In this document: positions 51,038 through 64,000 of the stretch, in pieces
Layout of the letters: each line of letters begins with the position of its first letter
Position numbering within the stretch: position 1 is the first letter of the stretch
Assembly: GCA_051453625.1 (NCBI GenBank)
Contig: JBOZIK010000001.1
Span: 21,488,386 to 21,552,385, forward strand
Length of the DNA stretch: 64,000 nucleotides
Direction: 5' to 3'
DNA from: Welwitschia mirabilis
Taxonomy: Eukaryota
The notes under the pieces: generated by a model
The model's input: the letters and a program-made list of their open reading frames with translations, nothing else
Databases searched by the model: none
What the model was told of the DNA's origin: nothing
Made by a program: the position numbers and the translations under genes

Positions 51038-52409
51038 TGTACATGATGGATGACTACTCCAACATAGAAGCTCTATAGATGATTCATAGTACCTTTTCCA
51101 TTACCATATATCATCTACTTATTGAAGCGATGATTCTAACTTACTTTGACACTAGATGCATGACAATAGATGAGGGATGCATGACATTAGATGACATCAG
51201 AGCCTTTTGAAACATTAGTACCTTGGAAAATTGCATTCCTGAAGCCATAGTCTATTTATTCCTAGTCATTTTCGAGTCAAAATTAACAAAATTATGTATT
51301 GTAATTCTTAATATATAAAATTAAATTAACTTTATTTTTGGATTTTTAGTAGTTATGTATGAACCTATCTATGGTGCTACAATACCAATTCCAAGAGTAA
51401 AATGGCACTACAATATCATGTGATAGTTTTGTAAAATAAGACATGAGACACATGTGAATATACAGTGGTTTTAACAACTCCTTAGCCTACAACTGATCCT
51501 AGAATGCCTATAAAGACTGCCCTCTTTGCCCATACCAACATCATCTTGTTATTATACCATTTTAATTCCAAATTTGCCATTCTCAAGCATTGGAAGGAGA
51601 GTTTATATCTCTCTCTCTATATCAACTTTGAAAACCTTCTATGTTCCTCATTATCATCTTTTGATATCATTTGAAACAATTTTCAGCCTTCTAAACCTTT
51701 CAAACCCCATTTTACTTCATCTTTCCTCCCATTTCCATTCATCTGGAGGGCATTGTAAGTGTGGTGAAGTGCACGTAATTGGGCAGTATAGGAGGAGAAG
51801 GAAGCATCAAATCTTATAAAGAACTGAATGGAGGACTAATGAAAATGGCTATGAATTCTTTTAAAATCAATAAATTTTCCTTTTTCTAATGTTTTTAATG
51901 CTTTTAATTACTTGATTTATGCATATTTATCATGGTTTTCTTTTAATGTAATTAGACTTTTAATGGCTTGTAGCATAAATATTGCTCATTAGATTGTAGC
52001 ACAATTAGTAACTTTTATAGAAATCTATTTTTTTTTGCATGTTTGATTAATCTTTGTAAAAATAAATCATGTTTTTTATTTTTATTCTCTCTTTTTTCCT
52101 ACGTTCTTTTCATTTTCTATTGCATTTCTTACAGTTTACTTTTCTTCTAAAGTAATTAATGTTGAATTATTATTTCCTCTCTAGTAGTAGTTGCAGAATT
52201 TAAAAATATGTGACTTATTCTTTTCTAGAACTAAAGTTAATATTTTTTGCAATAATTCTTCTCTCTTCTTTTTACTTTCTCAAAATCAAAGTAGAATAGT
52301 TAATGGTCTAGTTTGTTTTGGCCATAATGTTTCTTTGCAACTTCAAGGGTTTTGCATTTTTGTTAGTAGATTCTTCTCATAATTTAGAACTTTCTTTTTC
52401 AACGTGTCA
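51038..52409 (+). repeat. Possible 3' LTR of the Athila-like element
   Basis: Purine tract AAGATTAAGGGTGAAAA then TG; TATA (CTATAAAG) near 51509; ends GTGTCA. No second copy in the window. Confidence 0.35.
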
Positions 52410-55400
52410 AAATCCAAATTCAGCCTCTAAAACCCCCTTTTTTGACCATTTTCAATCTTAGTTGTAGTTTTACTTGATAAATCTTTATGGGCTGTCAAAT
52501 CTTATTTTTTCTAATTTTGCATAATTTTTTTTTCAATCATTTTTTAGTTTTCCCCCCCTGAATTCAAGATTCTATCTCATAGTATTTTTGAATAGTTATA
52601 TAATATGAAATCCATTTTTTTCTCAAGTTTTATAGTTTTTTTAATATTCTCAGACAAATTAGGGTTGTTTGTAATTTTTTGCAATTTTTTTAGATGAATT
52701 GTATTTATCGGTTGCAATCGATTTTACTTAATATTGACTAGTTAGATTTACAAACTTGTTTTATGGCATATTCTACATATTTTGATGGCTACAAAATTTT
52801 CTAAGTCTGTTCTTATGAATTTTCTCTCTCCCTTGTCTCCCTTTTCTTCATTTATTCTCTTTTTTTATTAGTCAAAATAACTTGAAATTAACTAGGATTA
52901 TTTTGATTTAATGAATATTCCTATACTGGTTTTTATTAGTTTCCTATTGATTGAAACCCTGATTTTGATGTTTCAATGCTTTTATAATTTATTTTATGAT
53001 TAGTAAAGAGTTGTCTCTTATGTTAAATGTGTTGCAATATAGCAAAAATCGCGTTATTATCAAAGGGTTTGTCTAGCCAAGTTGAAGAATATAGATTTAG
53101 AAGTGTTATATTTTGATTCTAAATTGATGTACATTTTACATAGAATGGAATGTAATGTTTGAATTACCTAATTACACCCATTTAATATGAATTAAAGAAA
53201 TTAACTTTCCAAGGAAAATTATTATTACATATGAAAATAACTAAGGTAAATTTGACTGTTTAAACTCGTTTGCTTATTCACATCAATTATAATTGATCTT
53301 TATAATCTTGAGAATGTTCATAAAATATTACTTCTTTTTACTTTATTGCACTTTCCTTTTCACATCTTGTGAAATTATGCTTTTACACATGTAATTTTTC
53401 ATGACTATTTTATGTCGTGTGTTAAATTAGTTGTATGTCACTTAAGAGAAATGATTTTTTTAATAATATGAAGTGACATTTTGATAAGACAATTTTAATA
53501 TTTCCATATGAATTCATGTCAAGTGTTCCATGGGTTCAGTACTCATGTGCTTTCACCATATTTTCATATTAAGTTAGGAGATTTATTTATGATATAATTT
53601 AAACTTTTTATACTTAATTTTCTTTCTCTAAGTTGAATTATCATCGTAAGTATACATTTATTCTTATGAAGGCTTAGAGCATCATCTCATCATTTTAAAA
53701 ATTGAGTTTTTACTTCATTCACTAAAACAAATGGCATTAAAGAGGTGGAGCTAATTTCTATTTTAAGGGAGATTCACGTTTGCCATGATGTTTAACATTA
53801 GAAGGATGTTTTATTGAAGAATGTTTATTAGGATGACACCCACTATGAGGATGTTATACTTTAAATTCCAATTTAGAGGAAAAGGTATCAATAATGTTAG
53901 CCTATGATTTAATAGTATAAAGAATCTTGTTAAGTATTATTAAAGATAATTGTGATAGTTTTATACTACCATGCAATGACATAGTATAGTTACACAAAGG
54001 TGAATCCTTCAAATAACATCTATTCAAGTTAACATAACATATGCAAACTTGATTCCATGGGTCATAATACATGAAACTTGATTCTATGGGTTAATTTTAG
54101 CAACCTTCACCTTAATATAACTCATTTGTGGAATTAATTATTGTATCTTTCTTTATTATAATGCAAGATATTTATACTTGTTATGAGATTGATAAGCTCT
54201 AAATCATTCTTTCAGTAGAATGTATTTGTAGTGTGATGAAGTTGGTATAACTAGTCTTCATATGACTTGCCAACTTCTTATGTTGTAAAGCCTTAGATTT
54301 TATCATGATTTCTATCAACTCATTATCAATATTTTTCCAAGAATTTTCTTCCCCTAAGGAGTGAAAAGGAACATGCATTTTATTAAAGAAATTGATGTCA
54401 AAACCAGATACATACATAGTGGACATGAAATCTTCATGTAAATCTTTCCAACTCTGATCATTATAAAGAGTGGCTTATATGTTGGTCATGAATCTAGTTG
54501 TCAATACTGATGTAAAAGAGTTTAGCAACATCTAAAACTTTCTCTTTAGGATTGCCATAACTAATTTAATAGGAATGAAAAATGATAATTTATGAGGTAT
54601 ACTAAATAATTAATCTATCCTTTACAAAAGGANNNNNNNNNNNNNNNNNNNNNNNNNNNNNNNNNNNNNNNNNNNNNNNNNNNNNNNNNNNNNNNNNNNN
54701 NNNNNNNNNNNNNNNNNNNNNNNNNNNNNNNNNNNNNNNNNNNNNNNNNNNNNNNNNNNNNNNNNNNNNNNNNNNNNNNNNNNNNNNNNNNNNNNNNNNN
54801 NNNNNNNNNNNNNNNNNNNNNNNNNNNNNNNNNNNNNNNNNNNNNNNNNNNNNNNNNNNNNNNNNNNNNNNNNNNNNNNNNNNNNNNNNNNNNNNNNNNN
54901 NNNNNNNNNNNNNNNNNNNNNNNNNNNNNNNNNNNNNNNNNNNNNNNNNNNNNNNNNNNNNNNNNNNNNNNNNNNNNNNNNNNNNNNNNNNNNNNNNNNN
55001 NNNNNNNNNNNNNNNNNNNNNNNNNNNNNNNNNNNNNNNNNNNNNNNNNNNNNNNNNNNNNNNNNNNNNNNNNNNNNNNNNNNNNNNNNNNNNATTTAAA
55101 AGTAATGAGAGAAAAACTTGAAATGTATAGTTGGTTTAAAAAAATATATTGCTTACACTAATAATTTCAAATGATCTATTCAAATTACAATAACACTAAA
55201 AATATTGAAAGAATAATAAAAAGTCATAATAGAGAGTTATAGTTAATTTAAAAGGAATCTTTCTAACATCCATAATTGAAATGATCTATTTAATCCATAA
55301 AAATGTACTAAATTAACAAAGATATCCCTCTAATAATCATACACATAAAGAAAAACAAAGTAATTTTGTTTAGAAATCCTTATGTAAATACAATAATTTT

Positions 55401-56877
55401 TAACCTAAGAGGCCTAAATTATTAGATGATTAAGTAAACTCTTTGTTAATTTCATGTCTTGATCCCAATCTAGATAGTGATAATACCCTCTTTAGGGGTG
55501 TGAATCTTATCTCTAAAAAGAGTAAAAGGGTAAAGTATGAATCACATCAATGGGACATTCAAGTTATTGTCTAGTTTTAGTTACCTTAGCTATAAACCCC
55601 CTTAATGAATAGTATGATACAATGTTAATGACTTTTTTAGATCTTAAACCTAGTCAATTTCAATTAATTACACTTGTTCCTTCTTATTAACTTAATGATG
55701 AAATTCATGTAGATCCTACCACTATGTCCCTAGTCTTTTTCCAATACACCCTCGATTACTAAGGTGTACACAGGAGTATGGAGCTTGGGATGCCTAGGAT
55801 ATTTTCACTTAAGTGAGATATGACTCTCTATAAGGCTCCAAATACATATTTATAATAGTTGAATATTGGTTAATAAACCTAAAATATATTATAGTATAAC
55901 ATAGATTAGTGTTTATATAAGGCTCCCAATGCCACCATCAACTAAGACTTATTACAAGTGAAAACATAATGTATTTAAAAAGCTATTAATTTTTAACTTT
56001 AAACATTAGATAATATTAAAATTTTATAAAATGGCATTAAGTGCAAGGAATAAGATAAAAAAAAAACAAAGGATCTTGGTTTTGGTATGATTTAAGTGGA
56101 TCTTACTCGACATCTCAAATTTAACTTGATCTATCTAAATTCCAAGTGAAAAATGATTTAAGTGAGAAATTTTAAGTAAAGTAAATCTTACTCAATATTT
56201 AAATTTGATTATATGTGATAAAAAAAAGAGTTTTATGGGCTTATAATAATTAAAAAAATGCCTAAAAATCTTAAAATATGTGAGAAAATGCAAAAATAAC
56301 TAAACATGCATGTGTACAAAAGTGAGATAAAAGATTAATATAAATTTACATATGCATAATAAAGAGGTAAAAGTTAGCATAAATTAAACATATGTAGAAC
56401 AATGTGGTTAAAAAAAGCCTTGAGCTAAGAATGAATGCACATGTCCTAGCACAAATCAAAAAGTGTAAACATGCACAACCACTATTTTAATTTATGCCTT
56501 CCTAAAATATTTCATATAAGTGCATCAAGAAATTTAAGAAGGTGGTAGATTTTTATAAGATGATAGAAGTTGAAAGATGCATGTAAGTGATTAAGATGTT
56601 TGACAATTCAGTTAGTGCACTTTGTAGAATTTTTAAGAGGTGCATAAGACATAGATAAGTAAGTTAGCACCTTAGACAACATGTTCAGACATCATGCTTT
56701 GCATAGGTGGCACATAAAGTAGTGAGAATGTTGAGATCACTATCATATTGGGCAACACATATAGTGGATGTAGTGAGTTAATGAAATGTTAAATAGTAAA
56801 TGTAACATGTGTTATAATAAAAATAATGCATTTTCTAGTGAATGAAAATTGTTTAATAAAAATGATTGGTAGGATTC

Positions 56878-59520
56878 TGTTAGGTTTGCAACATGATAGC
56901 TATACTACTGATTAACTAAAATTTACTACAATCCAACTAGACTCTTTTTGATATCTTAAGAAGGATATGTAGAATCATTTAATTAAGTTTTACAAATAGT
57001 AAGAAACAATTCACCAAATGAAGACAAGAAACAAGTAGTGATAATAAAAGTACAAGATATACAAAGAAGAAGTACCAAGCCACAAGAGGGTATTAGTAGT
57101 GAAAATGAGCGTAATAAGTAGAAAGAAGGATGTTGAAGGGAAAAATAGGAGTGTGGACATTATGAAGCTGAAAACATGATGATCTTGATAATATGCAAAG
57201 ATTGACATTTATTTTAAGTCATTAAGGTTTATTTAGCATAATCAAGGTTTAGTATTTACCTTTTTATCATTTTATCTTAATTTAAGCTATTAAAATTATT
57301 AAAAAATAATATTTTTCATTTATCATTGAACTTTAAGATCTTTAAGAGGAATCTAGAACATGTGGCAGAAGCCCTATTGCACCTCCTAATTATTAATTAA
57401 TGATAAAATAAATTTTAAATAAATTGAGTCTAATGTTTATATTATTTGTGTAGGCCTTGAAGAACATTTGGATGCTTAAAAAAGCAAAGAATAAGGAGAA
57501 AATAAAGAACACTAACTTGAATAGTTAACCATTTATTGCTTAGGAATCGATCACCTATGATAGTTATAAGTGCAGATTTTCAATAAAGGGTTGATCACCT
57601 ACCATTGAGGGGTTGATCATCTACTATTAAGGGGATGACTATTCATTGTAGTGAGGTTGACCACCTATTGTTAGGGGATCGACTACTAAATATGTTTACA
57701 ATAATTCTTCTTCATGATGAGGCTAACCTATCAAGAACTATAGTTGATGAGATAAGGGATTAACTGGTATTAAGGAGGAGGTAAACTACCTCGCATATGA
57801 TTATAAGTGAAAATAGCCATTGAAAAGCATACTTAACCATTAAGCAAAAGTGTTGAAATGCTAATTGACTATTTTGTAGGTTCCAATAATCACATACATT
57901 AGAATCATAATTTATAACAATTAGAATTCATCCTCTATATAATCCAAACATGATTGTTCTTATTTATGGGGATTGAGTTTTTATTATTAGGCCTAAGTAT
58001 ATAATAAAACACTTCCTATATTGTTTATTTTATTTTATATCAACTCTACGTTGTCTCTTATTATAATTAAAGCTACTTAAGCTTACTTGAAGCTAAGGAA
58101 TAGCATAAAATCCTATTGTAAGGTAAAGAAATACTGCAAAGCCCCATTAGAGTTTAGTTGGAAGCTACACTAGTAATAAAGAAAGACAGGATTGTTTTCA
58201 TTACTTCATGCCTATTTATCTTTATAGTTTGTTTAATATCATGTGCTTAATTGTTATATTCATAATTGATTATATGAATTATCAATAGAGTTAATTTGAC
58301 ACTAGTTATTATTTAATTAGATGATATATTACATTATGCAAACATAATGCAAATAATTAAATTGTAAAAACTACCTTAACTATCCTACTCATCCCTTCCC
58401 TCTAGGACAATGAATTCTAAAAATTGGTATTACAACTTGTATATAGGTGTTTTTCTTGTATTTAATTATTTAATATATTATTAATCATGAAAGGCCAACT
58501 AATTAACTATCCATCCTACTTCATAGGTGATAACTATGAGTTTTTAAAAACTAGCATGCAAGTCTTCGTTAAAGTAATGAGCTTTAACTATTGGATGATT
58601 ATTGAAAAACAATTCTATCCTACAATTGAAGCATAGAATGTTTTTGGAATAACAAGTTTTATAATCAAAGCAAGGAGTAAATGAAAAGATGCTCAAAAGA
58701 AAAAATCTATGCTTAACAAGAAAGCAATAAATGCTATAAGCTATGAACTTCATATGGAAGATCATAAGAAGGTAAGAGATTTTACTACTTATAAAGTGAT
58801 TTGGAATTATTTTTAGGTAACATATGAAGGGAAAAATCAAATTTAAAAGATAAATAAAAAAATGCTAATGACTAAATTTGAGCAAATCTAGATGTAAGAA
58901 GATTAAACCCTCATAGAATTTAATAACAAACTCATTGAAATAGTCAATGGGCTTTGGGGGCTTAGAAAACCTCTCAAGAGAAGCCAAATTGTTAAGAAGA
59001 TCTTAAGATATCTTCCAAGGGCATATGAAAACAAGGGATTATCTATTAAAAATATCAAATGCCTTAAGAAAACCAAGCTAAAGGAGTTAGTAAGTGACAT
59101 TTTGAATTTGGAATTATGTCATCTTCAAAAAGTAATAAGGGAAATAATATAACTCTAAATGTAAATCATTTATTTCTTTCTAGAAATAGAATGATGATTC
59201 TTCTAGTTATTCATCATTCAATTTTGATTATGATACAGATAGAGAACTTAATTTATTCACTAGTGAATTCTAAAAGATGTGGGTTTGGCAAAAGTGAAGA
59301 AATAAAAAGCATCATAACACAACATATTCAAGATGCAAGGACAACACAAGAGAAAAGATTACCCAATAAGATGCATGTAAATTATTTGGACACACAATAG
59401 CTAAGTGTCTAAATAGAAAAAAGAAGAAGTGCAATAATAACATAAAAACCTAGGATAGTAATAGTTGTAATGTGAATTTATGCAACTTAAAGTCCTTTAT
59501 GTAAACCTATAAATCAAATA
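56878..59520 (+). mobile_element. 5' part of another SIRE-like Copia (LTR about 56878-58422, PBS 58425-58436, decayed gag from 58487)
   Basis: LTR end ACTCATCCCTTCCCTCTAGG followed by TGGTATTACAAC; MKGQLINYPSYFIGDNYEF (UBN2-type start); knuckle CKLFGHTIAKC near 59378-59410. LTR start is tentative. Confidence 0.75.
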
Positions 59521-59521
59521 G

Positions 59522-60826
59522 CTTGTAGCAAAACACACTTTAGTATGGACGAGAGTTCACCCAAATATCGTAATTTCAACGAAGGCACTAGGCTTAGAAT
59601 TAGAAAATTGATTTCCAAAGGTATTTTTAGTTTTTTAACTTTTAATAACTAAATAATAAAGTAAATGCAATGCAATATAAATGGATATTAAATTCAGATG
59701 GAAATGGAATGCATTCTATTTAATTCCTAATTCTTCTGTCACAAGAACTAGCTCTCTATAATTTAAATCAATTAAGAAGAGTACTTAACTTATTCTTAAT
59801 CAATATGAGCTATGAGATATACCAAGTAGAATAAGGAATGTAATGTGAAATAAAAATGTAATAACAATGCAATCTAATATTAACCAATGTTAACCTTAAC
59901 AAAGGTTGCCCTTATAATCTAGATAAATCATAGAATTTTCACTCTAAACTATGATCAATATAAGCTATAAGGACATCACAAATTTTAAATGAAAAGAATA
60001 ATTGTATTGATTCAAAGAGCAATTAGTTTAATTCAAGAACTTTACATCCACTTACAACAAAATAGTAGCATCTCAATGAAAGAGACTCAGCCTAACACTA
60101 AGGGAACTCCTTTCTATAGCCACTGAATGGATCTCTTATCCTTCAATCTTCTATCACAAGCATATTAGGTATAAAATATGATTTGTAAGTAAGAACAAGA
60201 GAGGTATTTATAGTTTTACATTGAAATATCTGGAACTATAACCCTAGAAGTCGAATAAAAAATCCTATCAGCCTAGATGGGGCGCATGACCCCGTTACAA
60301 GAAAATTCAGTCCCGCATATGTAAAATAGTTGTTGTCCTAACTATCATAAGGATGACACTGGGAATGATGCCCCTTAATAATAGATAATTAATCAGCTTT
60401 TAGCTCTGTAATTAGCCCTGTAGTTGGTTTTAGATGTGTTTTCATCCCTTATGTTGTGGAAATGACAATGGGGATGATACGTACTTAAAAAGATGATTCA
60501 TTAACTCCAAGATTTATTTTAAATTACTATTGTAATAGGTTAATATAGTGCTACCATCCCCTCTGACATGAGGATGATAGAGGGAATGACACCCTTCTAA
60601 AGCTTCTCAGGTAAAGCAAATCAGCCTTCTTCATCATTAATCTTCCTTCAACATACAAAGTACTAGAACATGTGTAAAATGCCTCTAATTATGTCAAGAA
60701 TTACATGTTCCTATGATCATCCCATTAACTCTCCATAATCATCAAAATTATATCCAAACCTGTATAAATGTCCTACACAAGTACTTCAAATACACCATAA
60801 AATTCCTACAAATTAATATTGTAATA
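59522..60826 (-). mobile_element. Probable solo LTR (Gypsy/Athila-like) inserted in the SIRE gag
   Basis: 59798-60826 is colinear with 61078-62004; AATAG occurs on both flanks (59517-59521, 60827-60831); no adjacent PPT or PBS. Left terminus is not canonical TG. Confidence 0.6.
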
Positions 60827-61077
60827 AATAGAGATGCTTAATACTTCATTATCATACTTTTTATGATAATCCAATTAAAGTAGAAAATTTAAAATCTCTC
60901 ATTATTAATGAATTTAATTGTGAACACCTTGGAACTAATTGTTTTAATTAGGAGAATGAAGAAACAAGATCTATAATNNNNNNNNNNNNNNNNNNNNNNN
61001 NNNNNNNNNNNNNNNNNNNNNNNNNNNNNNNNNNNNNNNNNNNNNNNNNNNNNNNNNNNNNNNNNNNNNNNNNNNNN

Positions 61078-64000
61078 AATCAACATGAACTATGAGATAT
61101 AACAAGTAGAATAAGAAATGCAATGTGAAATGGAAATGAAATAACAATGCAATCTAATACTAACCAAAGTTAACCTTAACAAAGGTTGCCCTTATGATCT
61201 AGATAAATCATAGAGTTATCACTTTAAACTATGATCAAAGTAAACTATAAGTGAAATACAAAGAATTGAAATGAATAGTAATTATATTGATTCAAAGAGT
61301 AATTTGATTAATTCAAGAATATTTACATCCACTTACAATAGAATAATAGCACCTCAATAGAAGAGATTCAGCCTAACACCAAGGAAACTCATTTCTGTAG
61401 CTACTGAATAGACCTCTTATCCTTTAATATTTTATCACAAGCATATCTGGTATAAAATATGGAAATAGAAATAAAGGAGGAGAAGGGTATTTATAGTTTT
61501 ACATTGAGGTTTTACAAACTTAACCCTAGAAGTCAAAAAAGAAACCCTAGTAGCCCAAATGGGTCAATTAAACCCATTACAAAGATAATTCTTTCTGATC
61601 ATAGAAAAATAGATGTCATTCCTACTATCGTGGGGATGACATAAGGGACATCACCCTTTATCAAAAGATACTTTATCATCTTCATGCCCTAATGTCAGCC
61701 CCATATCTTCTGTCCATGTTAGTAGTGCTATCATCCTGCTTGTCATTGGGATGATAAAGGGGATGATAGTCCTCCTTATCTCCAATATCAAAGGTAAATC
61801 AGTCTTTTGCATGGTGAATCCTTCTTCCAAGTATACCATGTCAAAATAAGCCTAAGAAAACTTCAAATATGCTAAAAATCACATGTTTCATTGTTCATCT
61901 TGTTATATCTCCATAATCATCAGTACAACATCCAAACTTATGTAAATGTTCTACAAAAATACTCAAAATACACCATTAAATTCCTACAAATTGACATCAC
62001 AACATAGCCCTCTACTTAGCCTTGTCAGAGCTTGACAAAGTAAGCGATTTACTATATTGTGAGCCAATTTGACTAAGATAAAATAGTATTAAAAAATGTA
62101 AATTGAGTTTAATTAAATTATGTAAGAAATGATATCTCAAATGAATAATTGATATAAATGCTAAAAGATTTCCATTAGCCCCCTACTTAAGTATGTTACT
62201 ATGGAATAAATGAATGCCCTACACATACATAAGTCATAAAATGTAACATTGATAGCTCATGGATTACAAAAATAATGATAATGGACTAATGTGACAGACT
62301 TAAGTAGTGCTATCCTCTAAAGAGTGATGTATTTAAGTTTATTAGTGTCATCAGCAAAGGACAAGAGTAGATATAGCATTTTTTAGATGATCTGAAATAT
62401 GGCTTATGGAAAAACATTTGTGAGTATTTTGCTATATCCTGCAAGATAAATTTCATGAATTCTTCATGAATTTATTCAATTAACATGAAAAACTAATCCA
62501 AATAACCCATCATAAATTTATATCGTGAAATCTTAGAATATGAAAAATTTATGCTTAAAATCATAGAATAATGCCTAGAAAGGTATCCTAAGAAGCAAGA
62601 CATCCCAAATTACACTAAGAATAAAGGAAGAGTATCATCTTGTCTATCATTGGGACGATAGTTGTAGGATAGTATTCATCAAATAAGCTATTCAAAGGAA
62701 AAAATAAAACCAAAAAAATTCTAAAAGTAGGAAAACATAGAAAAACAGAAAAAAGGAAATAAAATGCAGAGAGAAAGTGAAGAAACAACTTAAAGAACAT
62801 CCTCATGATAGAGAATGAAAATGTAAGAAAAGAAGAAAATGCACTAAGCAAAAATAAGCAATGCTCAAAGACTCCTCAAATGTGCCTGAACTCATGGAAA
62901 AGAATAACTGAAACTCATTAGATCATGGGAACTTATCAAAAATAAAATATCAATCCTCTAGAAAAGTTATGGAAAAATATCAACAAGGAACTAGAAAATG
63001 ATTAGATTCATAATATGATGCTGAAAAAGTATGGAAGATAACTTTGAAAATCCAAAAAAAAACTGAAAAAATAAAATGAAAATATACAACTAGCAACATN
63101 NNNNNNNNNNNNNNNNNNNNNNNNNNNNNNNNNNNNNNNNNNNNNNNNNNNNNNNNNNNNNNNNNNNNNNNNNNNNNNNNNNNNNNNNNNNNNNNNNNNN
63201 NNNNNNNNNNNNNNNNNNNNNNNNNNNNNNNNNNNNNNNNNNNNNNNNNNNNNNNNNNNNNNNNNNNNNNNNNNNNNNNNNNNNNNNNNNNNNNNNNNNN
63301 NNNNNNNNNNNNNNNNNNNNNNNNNNNNNNNNNNNNNNNNNNNNNNNNNNNNNNNNGAAGTACTAGAAATAAATAAAGAAAAATGACTCTAGAAAATAAG
63401 CAATGCCTTTGATGACACAAGGGATACCATTGATCTTATAGCCTCAAAATGCAATTTATTTGTCCATGATTAGGGGAGTAAAACCACTATTAGAGGAGTA
63501 AGAACCCACACAGCATGGCCAATTGACCCCCTAGTGGAGTTCCCACAGCTATCATATCGCATTGCGAAAGGCCCCTCTCGGGAATATTTGCCTTGATGCA
63601 CTTGTGATAGGACATTATGATGACCATGTTTTTGAGATATAACATGAAAGAGCATGGTATTCTTTTTTCTCCCTTCTTTTCCTTTTTTTTTTTTGAATTC
63701 CACATTATCAAGGACTTGTAAGTATAAAGGTGAAGTAATGAGCTGAGTAACAAAGTAAGAACATGTAAAAATAACTAATTACTCATACCATTGAAAGAGA
63801 AAAAAAGAACCAAGGCATCTTCCTTCAAAATAAAGTTCATAGACATATGAATGTCTGAAGATTAGATGAAGCTGATCTTATCATCTAAATGCCCAAGTAA
63901 AATATTACTAATCATGAAAACTTCTTAAGTAAAATACACATGTCAAGTTTAAAAATATTCAAGTGATAACATGATGTTTACCAAAGGAATAAGTTAAAAA
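61078..64000 (-). mobile_element. 3' LTR (gap to 62004) plus 3' internal region of a Gypsy/Athila-like element
   Basis: LTR ends CATCACAACA at 62004, followed by TAGCCCTCTACTTA (rc PPT-like TAAGTAGAGGGCTA); a second copy TAGCCCCCTACTTAAG lies at about 62177. Confidence 0.6.

Noticed and set aside
54199-54530. Possible Gypsy gag remnant (..QSWKDLHEDF..)
   Set aside because: Only a weak motif next to a gap; insufficient to call.
3050-57690. Short spaced repeats resembling CRISPR-like arrays
   Set aside because: Eukaryotic context, 8-14 bp degenerate units and irregular spacing; explained as LTR repeated motifs.
11958-63420. Long ORFs made of X (11958-12779, 13306-14145, 21135-22074, 60889-61086, 62980-63420)
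   Set aside because: Artefacts of translating N gaps.

Overview
AT-rich, repeat-dominated land-plant nuclear DNA with several N gaps. One intact gene is present: a two-exon LRR receptor-like kinase (36092-38978, +, 884 aa, LRR-VII/At1g12460-like). It sits in a CpG-retaining island of about 33.9-40.3 kb. Almost everything else is heavily decayed transposable element sequence, dominated by C>T/G>A changes. The left 25 kb is a nest of three related SIRE/Maximus-type Copia elements; one has both LTRs, a perfect PBS and a GAATA TSD. Also present are a second Copia pol, a cluster of tRNA-derived SINE-like repeats, an L1 LINE with a different LINE fragment inside it, an Athila-like Gypsy pol, another SIRE gag and two related Gypsy-like LTRs. 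The most unusual item is at about 27.0-28.0 kb on the minus strand, just downstream of an Athila-type PBS and probable LTR. It is a decayed chimeric ORF joining an RR-TZF CCCH zinc-finger fragment to a trihelix (Myb/SANT-like) DNA-binding domain, apparently host-gene cargo in an LTR element. TE boundaries were read by eye and are approximate unless a TSD, PBS or PPT is cited.
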